Shown here: positions 9,111 to 18,632 of the stretch, one piece after another | Layout: each line of letters starts with the position of its first letter | Position numbering within the stretch: position 1 is the first letter of the stretch | NCBI GenBank assembly: GCA_045863395.1 | Contig: BTVJ01000074.1 | Location: 1 to 35,580 of the forward strand | DNA length: 35,580 nucleotides | Reading direction: 5' to 3' | Source of the DNA: Myxococcales bacterium | GTDB lineage: Bacteria > Myxococcota_A > UBA9042 > JABWCM01 > BTVJ01 | Program-made: the position numbers and the translations under genes | Notes under the pieces: generated by a model | Told to the model about the DNA's origin: nothing | The model's database searches: none | Seen by the model: only the letters and a program-made list of their open reading frames with translations

Positions 9111-9838
9111 GTCCCCTCCCCCAGGAACTCCCGCATGCGCTTCATCGCCTCCTTGTGGAGCTGGCACACCCGGGCCTCCGTGACCTCCAGCACCTCGCCG
9201 ATCTCGCGCAGGGTCAGGTCATGAAAGTAGTAGAGCGACAGCATCTGCTGCGTGCGCTCGGGCAAGGTCCGGATGGCCTTCGCCAGGGTCGCCTTGAGGG
9301 TGGCCCGGTCCACGCGCGCCAGGGCGAGCTCGTCACGCAGGTCGGTGAAGTCCACCTCGTCCACCCCGACGAAGGTCATGGGTTGGACCTCGTCGACCAT
9401 CTGGCGGAGCTGCTCGACGTCCACGCTCAGCCGCTCCGCCAGCTCCTCGTCCGAGGCGTCCCGCCCGAGGTCCTGGCGCAGCGCCCCGCGCGCCTTGTCG
9501 AGGGCCCGCGCCTTGCGCCGCATGGGCTGGGTCATGGGGTCCATGCGCCGCAGCTCGTCGAGGATGGACCCCTTGATGCGGAACTCCGCGTAGGTGCCGA
9601 AGTCGCGCCCGCCGTCGGGAGAGTACTTGCCGTGGGCGTCGATGAGCCCCAGCATCCCGGCGGAGACGAGGTCGTCCACGTCCACGGCGCCGCCGGTCCG
9701 CCGGGCGATGCGCCGCGCAACCCGGACGACGATGTGGGCGTGCTCGCGGATCAGCTCGTCCACGTCGCTCGCGACGCGCGGCGACTTCCCGGACAGCCCG
9801 TAGGTGCGGCTCAGGTGGTCACGGAAGCCTTGGCTCAC
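9107..9838 (-). CDS. fliA: RNA polymerase sigma-28 factor FliA/WhiG
   Basis: DDLVSAGMLGL, FGTYAEFRIKGSILDELR and LTLREIGEVLEVTEARVCQLH. GTG at 9838 overlaps the flhG stop. Confidence 0.93.
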   Translation of the reverse strand: MSQGFRDHLSRTYGLSGKSPRVASDVDELIREHAHIVVRVARRIARRTGGAVDVDDLVSAGMLGLIDAHGKYSPDGGRDFGTYAEFRIKGSILDELRRMDPMTQPMRRKARALDKARGALRQDLGRDASDEELAERLSVDVEQLRQMVDEVQPMTFVGVDEVDFTDLRDELALARVDRATLKATLAKAIRTLPERTQQMLSLYYFHDLTLREIGEVLEVTEARVCQLHKEAMKRMREFLGEGT

Positions 9839-10722
9839 GGCTGCTCCATGTCCGGCTCGTCCGGTCCGTTGGCGTTGAGCAGGCGACTCCAGAAGATCTG
9901 CATCCCGCCGCCGGGCCCGTCGTGCATGGGGCGGGCGAGGAGGCGAATCGCCAGATCCTCGATGGCCCGGCTTGCGGGCGAGGTCGGGAACTGTACCGCG
10001 AGCGGGCGCTGCATCATGACGGCCCGCTTGACGCTCTCGTCGGCGGGGATGGCGCCCAGGCGCTCGATGACCACCGGCAGGAACCGGTCGGCCACCGATG
10101 TCAGCCGGCGGTACACGTCGTCGGCCTCGTGCTGCGAGCTCACCTGGTTGACCACGAGCAGGATTCGCTTCACCCCGCAGCGCAGCGCCAGGACCTTGAT
10201 GGTCGCGTAGGCGTCTGCCAGAGAAGTAGGCTCGGGCGTCGCCTCCACGATGACGTCCTGGGCCGAGGCCGCGAAGAAGAGCACGTTGGACCCGATGCCC
10301 GCCGGCGTGTCGATGAGGACCGTGTCGAAGCGGTTGCCCAGGTTGTCGAGCTCGGACATCAGGTGGAGCTTGTGCTCCGTCGTCAGCTCGATCAGATCCG
10401 ACCCCGCCGAGGACGCCGGCAGCACCGAGATCCCGTCGGCGCTGGTCAGGATCACCGACCCCAGCGACTGCTCCCCCCGCAGCACGTGGCGGAAGTTGTA
10501 CTTGGGCTCGATGCCGAGCAGGATGTCCACGTTCGCCAGGCCCACGTCTCCGTCGACGATCAGCACCTCCCGCCCGTTGCGCGCGAAGCACACGCCCAGA
10601 TTGACGACCAGGTTGGACTTGCCGACCCCGCCCTTGCCGCTGGTGACGGCGATGACGCGCAGCGGTCGCGCTCCCGGCCGCCCGCTCTGCCTCATCTGCC
10701 GGATCCCGTCTGCCTGGTCCAT
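9835..10722 (-). CDS. flhG: MinD/ParA-family flagellar number regulator FlhG (FleN)
   Basis: N-terminal DQA motif, deviant Walker A SGKGGVGKS, IDTPAGI, TPEPTSLADAYATIK and a C-terminal amphipathic FWSRLL. Alternative start at 10737. Confidence 0.93.
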   Translation of the reverse strand: MDQADGIRQMRQSGRPGARPLRVIAVTSGKGGVGKSNLVVNLGVCFARNGREVLIVDGDVGLANVDILLGIEPKYNFRHVLRGEQSLGSVILTSADGISVLPASSAGSDLIELTTEHKLHLMSELDNLGNRFDTVLIDTPAGIGSNVLFFAASAQDVIVEATPEPTSLADAYATIKVLALRCGVKRILLVVNQVSSQHEADDVYRRLTSVADRFLPVVIERLGAIPADESVKRAVMMQRPLAVQFPTSPASRAIEDLAIRLLARPMHDGPGGGMQIFWSRLLNANGPDEPDMEQP

Positions 10723-10747
10723 GCCTCTCCCCTTCATTGTCCCCGCC

Positions 10748-12028
10748 TCATCCCTGCTCCCGGCCGCGGGCCTCGACCCGCTCCATGAGCTGCCCCGCGA
10801 TCTTCTCTTCGCTCGCCGCCTCGATGTCCTCGGGCACCTGCTGCCCCGTGCACAGGTGGCTCACCGGGTGGCGCGCCGCCCAGGTGGCGGTCAGCACGGC
10901 GCCGGGCCCCCGCGCCTCGTCCACCTTGGTCACGATGATCGACGTGAGGCCCGCCACCTCGTACCGCTGCACGATGTCCACCAGGTCCTGGGGCCTGGTC
11001 GTAGCCGACAGACACAGGTGCTTCTCGATGCGCGTCTCGTCGAACATGCCCGAGACCTGGCCCACCGCCTCGTCGCTCCACGGGTTGCGTCCCGTGGTGT
11101 CGATGAGCACCAGATCCACCTCGCGGAAGTTGACCAGCGCCTGGCTCAGCTCGCGGCGATCACGGGCCTGACGCACCGGCAGCCCGATGAGGTTCGCGTA
11201 GGTCCGCACCTGCTCGATGCCCGCGATGCGGTAGGTGTCCGCGGCGATCAGGCCGACCCTCTTTCTATGGATGAGCGCCGCCGCGGCCGCGATCTTCGCG
11301 AGGGTCGTGGTCTTGCCGACGCCCGTGGGCCCGATGAGGGCGGCGACGACGCGGTCCCGCCGCGCCCACAGCGGCGTCGCCGTCGGGATGGAGCGGACGA
11401 TCTCCGCCCGCAGGTCCACCACCCGCCTGGCCGGGGCCGTCCCGTAGAAGCGCTCATTGGTGCGGTCACGCGCACGCGATACCACCCCGAGGGCTACCTG
11501 GGGATCGACGCCCGCGTCGATGAGCCCCGCCACCATCGGGTCCGCCGACAGCTCCGCCGCCACGCTCGGCGTCTGCTCCAGGCGGCGCGAGAGGAGGCCC
11601 ACCTCTCCGCGGAGGGAGTCCATGGTCGACTCGGCGCGCTCCCACTGGCTTCGGGCTCCCCGCAGCCCCTGGAGCTCCCGCTGGAGCGCCTCGATCTGCG
11701 CCACGAGCGCCCGCGTCAGCTCGGCCTGGCCGCTCGGGTCGGGCAGCTCGTCGGCCTCCGCCGAGGGCGGCTCGGGCCGCGAGAGCACCGGCGGCGCGTC
11801 CTCGGTCCTTGCGGGTCCGTAGGACAGGAGCGAGCCCCCAGACGGCCGCAGCAGGGACAGCGGGTCCTGCTGGTCTGCGGCGGCGGTCACCTCGTAGAGG
11901 GTCGGCTGCCCCAGGTGCTGGGCCTTGACCTCGCGGGTCACGAGGATCACGGCGTTGGGGCCGAGCTCCTCCTTCACCTGCTTCATGGCCTCGCGGAGGC
12001 TCGGCGCCTGGAACGTGCGCATCAGCAT
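10748..12028 (-). CDS. flhG-adjacent flhF: SRP-family GTPase FlhF
   Basis: N-terminal VKEELGPNAVIL; GPTGVGKTTTLAK, DTYRIAG, IDTTG and TKVDE. Confidence 0.95.
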   Translation of the reverse strand: MLMRTFQAPSLREAMKQVKEELGPNAVILVTREVKAQHLGQPTLYEVTAAADQQDPLSLLRPSGGSLLSYGPARTEDAPPVLSRPEPPSAEADELPDPSGQAELTRALVAQIEALQRELQGLRGARSQWERAESTMDSLRGEVGLLSRRLEQTPSVAAELSADPMVAGLIDAGVDPQVALGVVSRARDRTNERFYGTAPARRVVDLRAEIVRSIPTATPLWARRDRVVAALIGPTGVGKTTTLAKIAAAAALIHRKRVGLIAADTYRIAGIEQVRTYANLIGLPVRQARDRRELSQALVNFREVDLVLIDTTGRNPWSDEAVGQVSGMFDETRIEKHLCLSATTRPQDLVDIVQRYEVAGLTSIIVTKVDEARGPGAVLTATWAARHPVSHLCTGQQVPEDIEAASEEKIAGQLMERVEARGREQG

Positions 12029-12038
12029 GGCTCCCCCA

Positions 12039-14153
12039 TCATGCTCCCGCCTGGGTTCGGGGCCGCAGCGCCGCCGGCGTGCGCGCCTGGGCGATGGAGA
12101 CCGTCGACAGCGTGTTCACCTCGACCCGGGGCGGCAGCTCCCGCTGCGACAGCACCACGAGCTGGGGCAGGAACCGGTTGGCGAAGCGCCACAGAGGGTA
12201 GCGCAGGTCCGGCGGCGCGAGCAGGATCGGTGAGACGCCGTTGAGGTTGGCCGTCTCCACCAGCCGCTGGAGCCCCGCGAGGAGCTGCTGGGCCGTCTGC
12301 AGGTCCGGCGCCAGCATGGCGTCGTTGTCCGTGCGCACGATCACGCCGCGCAGGAGATCCTCGCTGCTCGCGTCGAGGATGCTGGCCTTGAGCTTCCCGT
12401 CGCCGCCGAGGAGCGCCTGGACGATGGCGGGGCCGAGGCGCTGCCGCACCTGGTCCACGAGGAAGCTGACGGCCTTCCCGTAGCGGCTGGCCTCGGCGAG
12501 CACCTCCAGCACCGTCTTGAGGTCGCGGATGGACACCCGCTCCCGCAGCAGCGCCCGCAGCACGGCGAGCAGCTCGGCGTGGGAGAGCACCGTCGGGATC
12601 AGCTCTTCGACCACCTTCGGGGCCCGGGAGGCGACGACCTCCAGCAGGCGCTGCAGATCCTCGCGGCCGAGGAGCTGCTCTGCGTCCCGGTGGATGGCCT
12701 CGGAGACGTGGGTGATCACCACCGTCGCCGGCTCGACCACCGTGTAGCCGGCCACCTCCGCGCGGGCCCTGTGGGTGGGTCGGATCCACAGCGCGGGCAG
12801 CCCGAACGCCGGCTCCGTCGTCGCGATGCCGTCCACCTTCTCGCGGGCGTCGCCCGGGTCCATGGCCATGAGGCGGTCGGGCATCACCGTTCCCCGCGCG
12901 GCCTCGACCCCGTGGATCAGCAGGCGGTACTCCCCGGACGCCAGCTCCAGGTTGTCGCGCAGATGCACCGGCGGCAGGATGATGCCCAGCTCCGTCGCGA
13001 TGGAGCGCCGCAGCCCCGCGATGCGCTTCACGAGCTCGCCCCCCTCCCGGGCGTCGACCAGCGGCACCAGCGCGTAGCCCACCTCCAGCTCCAGCGCCTC
13101 GATGGGGAGCATGTCGGCGATCTGGTCCTCTTCCGACAGGGACGGCTTGAGCGCGGCGGCCTCCCGCAGCGCCTCGGGGGCCCGCTGCTCTCGCGCCAGG
13201 GTGCGCCCGGCGATGGCCATGGCGCCCGCCAGCCCGAGGAAGGGCAGCAGCGGCATCCCCGGCACCAACCCCAGCGCCGTCGTCACGATGGCGCCGGCGT
13301 TCATCACGCGGGCGTCCTTGAGGAGCTGCTTCGAGAACTGCCCGCCCAGCTCCCGGTCGTCGGCGGCGCGGGTCACCACGATGCCGGCCGCGGTGGAGAT
13401 CAGCAGCGCGGGGATCTGGCTGACCAGGCCGTCGCCGATGGTCAGGATGGTGTAGGTGCGCGCCGCGTCGCCGAAGCTCATGTCGGCGATCAGCACCCCG
13501 ATGATCAGGCCGCCGACGATGTTCAGGGCCGTGATGATCAGCCCGGCGACCGCGTCGCCGCGCACGAACTTGCTGGCGCCGTCCATGGCGCCGTAGAAGT
13601 CCGCCTCCCGGGCCAGGTCCTCACGGCGTCCCCGCGCCTCGTCCTGCGTGATCAGGCCCGCGGCGAGGTCGCTGTCGATGCTCATCTGCTTGCCGGGCAG
13701 GGCGTCCAGGGTGAACCGGGCGCTGACCTCGGCGATGCGCCCCGAGCCCTTGGTGATCACCACGAAGTTGATGATCACCAGGATGAGGAAGATGATCGAC
13801 CCCACCACGTAGCTGCCACCTACCACGAAGTTTCCGAAGGTATTGATGATCTGGCCGGCGGCCTCCGTGCCCTCCTCGCCCTTCAGCAGGATGAGGCGCG
13901 TGGACGAGATGTTCAGCGCCAGGCGAAACAGGGTCGTGACCAGCAGCACGGACGGGAAGACCGAGAAGTCCAGCGCCTTGCGGAGCTGGATGGCCGTCAG
14001 GAGGATCACCAGCGCAATGGTGATGTTCAGCGCCAGCAGGAAGTCGAGGAGCACCGCAGGCAGCGGCAGGACCATCAGGACGACGATGGACACGACGCCG
14101 AGGGGCGCGATCATGGCCCTTGCGCTGCCCATGAAGCCCGTCGAGGTCGCCAT
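12039..14153 (-). CDS. flhA: Flagellar export protein FlhA
   Basis: FSVFPSVLLVTTLFRLALN, RIAEVSARFTLDALPGKQMSIDSDL and FYGAMDGASKFVRGDA. TGATG coupling to flhB. Confidence 0.97.
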   Translation of the reverse strand: MATSTGFMGSARAMIAPLGVVSIVVLMVLPLPAVLLDFLLALNITIALVILLTAIQLRKALDFSVFPSVLLVTTLFRLALNISSTRLILLKGEEGTEAAGQIINTFGNFVVGGSYVVGSIIFLILVIINFVVITKGSGRIAEVSARFTLDALPGKQMSIDSDLAAGLITQDEARGRREDLAREADFYGAMDGASKFVRGDAVAGLIITALNIVGGLIIGVLIADMSFGDAARTYTILTIGDGLVSQIPALLISTAAGIVVTRAADDRELGGQFSKQLLKDARVMNAGAIVTTALGLVPGMPLLPFLGLAGAMAIAGRTLAREQRAPEALREAAALKPSLSEEDQIADMLPIEALELEVGYALVPLVDAREGGELVKRIAGLRRSIATELGIILPPVHLRDNLELASGEYRLLIHGVEAARGTVMPDRLMAMDPGDAREKVDGIATTEPAFGLPALWIRPTHRARAEVAGYTVVEPATVVITHVSEAIHRDAEQLLGREDLQRLLEVVASRAPKVVEELIPTVLSHAELLAVLRALLRERVSIRDLKTVLEVLAEASRYGKAVSFLVDQVRQRLGPAIVQALLGGDGKLKASILDASSEDLLRGVIVRTDNDAMLAPDLQTAQQLLAGLQRLVETANLNGVSPILLAPPDLRYPLWRFANRFLPQLVVLSQRELPPRVEVNTLSTVSIAQARTPAALRPRTQAGA

Positions 14154-15232
14154 CAGGCCCTCCCTGCCATCGGCCGCGTCCGAAAGACGTGGGCGAGGAC
14201 CTCGGCGACGGCCTGGTAGAGCGTGCGCGGCACGGACTGCCCGACCCGCACCCGCCGCCACAAGGAGCGGGCCAGCGGCTTGTTCTCGATGATGGCGACG
14301 CCGCTCCGCCGGGCGATGCGCCGGATCTGGAGCGCCAGGTGGTCGGCGCCCTTGGCGGTCACGAGGGGGGCCCGGTCGACCCCGGGCCGGTACTTCAGCG
14401 CGATGGCCAGGTGGGTCGGGTTGGTCACGACCACGTCGGCGTTCGGTACGGCGTCGATGATGCGGTTGAGGGACAGCTCGCGGTGACGCTGCCGGCGGCG
14501 GCCCTTGATCAGAGGCTGGCCCTCCTGCTCGATCAGCTCGCGCTTGTGCTCCTCGTGGGTCATCTTGAGCTCCTGCTCGTGGCGGTGGCGCTGGAACAGG
14601 AAGTCGAGCACCGCGAGCACGATGAGCACCGCCGTGGTCACGAAGAGCAGGCGCGAGATGTCGTGCCCGAGCAGGCGCATCATCCCCGCCATGGTCCCCA
14701 GCGGCAGCGTGGCGATGGCGGGGAGCTGGGACTTGATGAACAGCGCGACGATCAGCGCGCCGGCGGCCATCTTGGCCACTGGGAGCAGGAGCTTGCCCGG
14801 CAGGGCCTTCCAGCCGAACACGTTCTTGATGCCCTGCAGGGGGTTGAGGCGGCCGGGCTTCGGTGCGAGCGCCTTCCACGAGAAGAGCATGCGGGTCTGG
14901 GCGAGGCCGGCGACCAGCGCCGCGAGGCCGACCAGGATGCAGAAGGCCCCGAGCGGGCCGAGCACGGTGCGCAGCACGCCGCCGCCGATGACCGACAGCT
15001 CGGGCAGCGCCCCGTCCGGCGTCACGAGCTGCTCCATGGTCTCCGTCGTCGCGCGCATCATGGCCTCGAACAGGGCCCCCCCGAGGATGGCTACTCCCAA
15101 CGACGCCGCCAGGAGCTGCGCCGCCCCGTTGACGTCCTTGCTGACGGCGACCTGGCCCTCCTCACGCGCCTTCTCGCGGCGTTTCGCGGTGGGCTCTAGG
15201 GTCTTCTCCTGCCCGTCGGGGGTCTCCGCCAT
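14153..15232 (-). CDS. flhB: Flagellar export switch protein FlhB
   Basis: EKTLEPTAKRREKAREEGQV, NPTH autocleavage site, APLVTAKG and YQAVAEVL. Confidence 0.96.
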   Translation of the reverse strand: MAETPDGQEKTLEPTAKRREKAREEGQVAVSKDVNGAAQLLAASLGVAILGGALFEAMMRATTETMEQLVTPDGALPELSVIGGGVLRTVLGPLGAFCILVGLAALVAGLAQTRMLFSWKALAPKPGRLNPLQGIKNVFGWKALPGKLLLPVAKMAAGALIVALFIKSQLPAIATLPLGTMAGMMRLLGHDISRLLFVTTAVLIVLAVLDFLFQRHRHEQELKMTHEEHKRELIEQEGQPLIKGRRRQRHRELSLNRIIDAVPNADVVVTNPTHLAIALKYRPGVDRAPLVTAKGADHLALQIRRIARRSGVAIIENKPLARSLWRRVRVGQSVPRTLYQAVAEVLAHVFRTRPMAGRA

Positions 15233-15235
15233 GCG

Positions 15236-16030
15236 TCAGCTCCCCGGCGCCAGCCGGAACATGCGGTCCGGCAGGCGCTCGACTTCGTGCTCGACGATAC
15301 GGAGCAGCGCCTGGCCCTCGTGCTGGAGCGCGATGAGCGCGCCCAGGATCAGGAGCCCGAGGCCGATGCCGAACAGGTTCACCGAGGGCACGACGCGCGA
15401 GATGAAGCCGATGGAGATGTTGAGCAGCAGGGTCACCGTGAGCACCGGCGCCGCGAGCAGGATGGCAGTCCGGACGAGATCGTCGCCGACGCCCACCAAG
15501 GTGTTCAGGCTCGGGAGCTCCAGGGAGAGGCTGCCCACGGGCAGCCCCCGCAGGTGCTTGGCGAGGGCGCCGATGACCACGTGGTGGCCGTCCAGCGTGA
15601 CGAACATCAGCGCCGCCACCAAGGAGAGCAGGGCACCCAGCGACAGGGAGTTCTCGCCGGAGACCGGGTCGACCATGTTGCTCATGCCGAGGCCCATGGT
15701 CATGCTCGCCGTGGCGCCGGCGGCGCTGGCGGTGGCGATGATCAGGTGGACGGCGAAGCCGAGGCCGAAGCCCAGGATGGCCTCCCGCCCCACCATCATG
15801 CCGAGGGTGAAGGGGTCGTCCGGCACGGGCACCGCGACACCCCCCAGGGCCAGGTCGAGGATCGCGGAGAGCACCACTGCCAGGATCACGCGGATGCGGA
15901 GCGGCACTTCACGCTCCCCGAAGGCCGGCACGAAGGACACCATCACCACGAGGCGCACGAGGATCAGCGCGCCTCCGAGCAGCCAGGGCGCCAGCAGATC
16001 GCCGAGCGCGTTGTCGATGACGGCGCCCAC
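15236..16030 (-). CDS. fliR: Flagellar export gate protein FliR
   Basis: Polytopic membrane protein with PAFGEREVPLRIR, LDGHH and GFISRVVPSVNLF; lies between fliQ and flhB. Confidence 0.93.
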   Translation of the reverse strand: MGAVIDNALGDLLAPWLLGGALILVRLVVMVSFVPAFGEREVPLRIRVILAVVLSAILDLALGGVAVPVPDDPFTLGMMVGREAILGFGLGFAVHLIIATASAAGATASMTMGLGMSNMVDPVSGENSLSLGALLSLVAALMFVTLDGHHVVIGALAKHLRGLPVGSLSLELPSLNTLVGVGDDLVRTAILLAAPVLTVTLLLNISIGFISRVVPSVNLFGIGLGLLILGALIALQHEGQALLRIVEHEVERLPDRMFRLAPGS

Positions 16031-16033
16031 GGC

Positions 16034-16312
16034 TCAGAAGCCTCCCCGGGCGACCATGCGCACGTTGTCCATCACCTCGTTGATGAACAGGAAGAGGCGG
16101 TCGTTGATCCACGGCCCGGCGAACCACAGGACCAGGCCCACGACGACCATCTTGGGGATGAAGACCAGCGTGACCTCCTGAATCTGGGTCGCCGCCTGCA
16201 GGATGCTGACCAGCAGGCCCACGGTCAGGCCCGCGATGAGCGGCGGCGCGCTCACCGCGATGACGGTGAGGATCGCGTGCTCGAGCAGCGTGCCGACCTG
16301 TTCCGGGGTCAC
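16034..16312 (-). CDS. fliQ: Flagellar export gate protein FliQ
   Basis: VGLLVSILQAATQIQEVTLVFIPK; GTG at 16312 after GGGAGG. Confidence 0.95.
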   Translation of the reverse strand: MTPEQVGTLLEHAILTVIAVSAPPLIAGLTVGLLVSILQAATQIQEVTLVFIPKMVVVGLVLWFAGPWINDRLFLFINEVMDNVRMVARGGF

Positions 16313-16323
16313 GGCGTCCTCCC

Positions 16324-16501
16324 GGAGGGTGTAGCCACGATGGTCCGTCGCGAGCACGTGGGCGCGCCCGCATGGCAAGGAGCAGGTCTCCCGACGAGGG
16401 GGCGCGTACTGGTGGTACTCGCCTCTTCGGCGGGAGGACTGCGACGCAGCCAGGCGGGATGCGACCGCGTGTGTAGCAGGACCATTGTGGCTACACCCTC
16501 C
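16324..16501. repeat. 178-nt imperfect palindrome (long rod-like hairpin) filling most of the fliP-fliQ spacer
   Basis: Three nested stems: 16324-16346/16479-16501, 16354-16376/16449-16472 and 16382-16409/16415-16442, closed by loop TGGTG at 16410-16414. Confidence 0.9.
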
Positions 16502-17311
16502 TTACACGACCCGGACGAAGCTCTCCGCGAGGCTGCGGACCACGAGGCCCCAGCCGTCGGCGAGCACGAACACGAACAGCTTGAGCGGCAGCGCCACGAT
16601 CATCGGCGGCAGCATCATCATGCCCATGGACATGAGGATGCTCGCCACGACCATGTCGATGACCAGGAACGGCAGGAAGAGCAGGGCGCCCATCTGGAAC
16701 GCCGCCTGGAGCTCGCTGAGCATGAACGCCGGGATGATCGCCAGCGTGGAGACGTCCGCCGCCGTCTTTGGGCGCGGCGCCTCCATGATACCCAGGAACA
16801 GCTCCAGATCCTTCTCTCGCGTCTGCCGCAACATGAAGGTGCGGAGGGGCTCGATGGCCGCCGTCAGCGCCTCCCGCTCGTTGAGCTCCCCCGCCTCGTA
16901 GGGGGCGACCGCCCGCTCCTGGATGGCGCTCCACACCGGCGCCATCGTGAAGAACGTCAGGAACAGGGCGAGGCCGACCACCACCCGGTTCGGCGGGAGC
17001 TGCGGGACGCCCACCGCCTGGCGTAGCAGGGACAGGACGATGACGATGCGGGTGAAGGACGTGGCGCTCAGGATGAGGGTCGGCGCGAAGGTCAGCCCCG
17101 CCAGGAGCAGGATCACCTTGATGGCGGCGACGTAGCCCCCATCCTCCCCCACCTCCAGGTCCAAGGAGAAGCGCGGCTGCTGGGCCAGGGCCGTCGCGGA
17201 GACCAGGATCACGACGAGGGCGAGCAGCGTGAGACCTGCCGCGCGAACCCAGCGGCGCGAGCGCGCGGGAGGGCAGGGCACGGCGCCGCTCTGTGTACGC
17301 ACTTGCCACAC
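16502..17311 (-). CDS. fliP: Flagellar export gate protein FliP
   Basis: TSFTRIVIVLSLLRQA, PPN, PAFMLSEL, MGMMMLPP and LPLKLFVFVLADGW. Confidence 0.96.
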   Translation of the reverse strand: MWQVRTQSGAVPCPPARSRRWVRAAGLTLLALVVILVSATALAQQPRFSLDLEVGEDGGYVAAIKVILLLAGLTFAPTLILSATSFTRIVIVLSLLRQAVGVPQLPPNRVVVGLALFLTFFTMAPVWSAIQERAVAPYEAGELNEREALTAAIEPLRTFMLRQTREKDLELFLGIMEAPRPKTAADVSTLAIIPAFMLSELQAAFQMGALLFLPFLVIDMVVASILMSMGMMMLPPMIVALPLKLFVFVLADGWGLVVRSLAESFVRVV

Positions 17312-17317
17312 CGGCTC

Positions 17318-18250
17318 CTACTCCGCGCCCTTGCTCTGCTGATAGCGCTGGAGTCGGCGTCGGATGTCCACCTGCTCTCCCTCCACCGCGCTGTCTCCTC
17401 CCATTGCGGCGCCCTGCTGTTCAGCGCGCAGGAGCTGCTCCAGGAACTCGTTGGTGTCGCGGGTCGCCACGCTCGGTGGCTCCACCGGGCGGGCGTCGGG
17501 TGCCGGCGCGACCCGGGCGCGGCGCGTCTCGCGGGTCTCCGGCAGGGGAGGGCGTGACGCGGGGGCCGCCTGGATCGCGTCCGGCGGCAGCTCCGTCAGC
17601 AGGGTCAGGCCCTTGTCGCTGGCGCCGAGCACCAGGATGGCCCCCGGGACCCGCACCAGCGAGATCTGGAAGCGGCCAGCCACCCTCGCCGACGACAGCA
17701 CCTCGATGGTCGTGTCCACGCCGCTCGCCGCGCGCTTTGCCTGTGTTCGCTTCTGGAGCCACCAGGCGAGCAGCGCCGCCAGGCCCAGCAGGACGCTCGC
17801 CAGCGCCAGGCCGGTCCCGCTGACCCCTTGGCTCTGCTGGCCTACCTTCAGTGGCTCCGCGGTGCTGGTGGGGTCTCTCTTGAGCTGCAGGTCGTCGGGC
17901 AGCCCCTGGGGCGCTGCCGGCTGCGGCACAGCCTGGGGCCTCGCCAGGTGGTCGGCAGGCGCCCCCACCGCCGCAGGGGCGCGGCCCTCCGCCGACGCGG
18001 GGCCGGGCGCCGCGGGAGCGGACGGGGTGACGGTCGGGGGCTCCGGGGGCGCGGCCACGGTGGGCGCACCCACGGTGGGCGCGGCTGGCGTCGGTTGCTC
18101 ATCCGGCGCATCGCTCCCCTGGGCGCCCAGGGCGCTGAGCGCCTCGATGGCCTCCCCCTTGTAGCCATCGACGGGCGCCTGCGCCCACGCGACGCCCCCG
18201 GCGGCGGCAAGCGCCGCCCCCAGGGCCCACCGTGTCAGTGTCACTCCCAT
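17318..18250 (-). CDS. fliO: FliO-family protein with signal peptide and long Pro/Ala-rich periplasmic extension
   Basis: TM LALASVLLGLAALLAWWL followed by the FliO beta motif IEVLSSARVAGRFQISLVRVPGAILVLGASDKGLTLL; lies between fliN and fliP. Confidence 0.8.
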   Translation of the reverse strand: MGVTLTRWALGAALAAAGGVAWAQAPVDGYKGEAIEALSALGAQGSDAPDEQPTPAAPTVGAPTVAAPPEPPTVTPSAPAAPGPASAEGRAPAAVGAPADHLARPQAVPQPAAPQGLPDDLQLKRDPTSTAEPLKVGQQSQGVSGTGLALASVLLGLAALLAWWLQKRTQAKRAASGVDTTIEVLSSARVAGRFQISLVRVPGAILVLGASDKGLTLLTELPPDAIQAAPASRPPLPETRETRRARVAPAPDARPVEPPSVATRDTNEFLEQLLRAEQQGAAMGGDSAVEGEQVDIRRRLQRYQQSKGAE

Positions 18251-18272
18251 GAGCGCCTCCTGCGGGTCCCGG

Positions 18273-18605
18273 TCAGGTGAGCTGCTCCACCCGCTCCGAG
18301 GGGCTCACGATGTCCGTCAGCCGCACGCCGAACTTGTCGTTGACCACCACGGCCTCACCGCGGGCGATCAGCTTGTCGTTGACGCGGATGTCGAGCGGCT
18401 CGCCCGCCACCTTCTCGAGCTCCAGCACGGAGCCCTGTCCGAGGGCCAGGAGCTCTGCGATGCGGATCCGTCGTCGCCCCAGCTCTACCGACACCTGGAG
18501 CGGAACGTCGAGCAAGAAGTCGAGGGTGTTTCCCCCCATGCCCTCCAAGCCGCTCCGCCTCCCCGTGGATCCGTCGCTCTGTGTCTTGTCTGCCATATCG
18601 CTCAC
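18273..18605 (-). CDS. fliN: Flagellar motor switch protein FliN
   Basis: SpoA domain LLDVPLQVSVELGR...GEAVVVNDKFGVRLT. Alternative start at ATG 18596. Confidence 0.95.
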   Translation of the reverse strand: MSDMADKTQSDGSTGRRSGLEGMGGNTLDFLLDVPLQVSVELGRRRIRIAELLALGQGSVLELEKVAGEPLDIRVNDKLIARGEAVVVNDKFGVRLTDIVSPSERVEQLT

Positions 18606-18632
18606 TCCACTCCCCCGGTGCCCGGGGCCAGG

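Noticed and set aside
16324..16501. Integron attC site or 6S RNA as identity of the long hairpin
   Set aside because: No RYYYAAC/GTTRRRY ends and no integrase. The length fits 6S, but there is no large central bubble. Not assigned without an Rfam scan.
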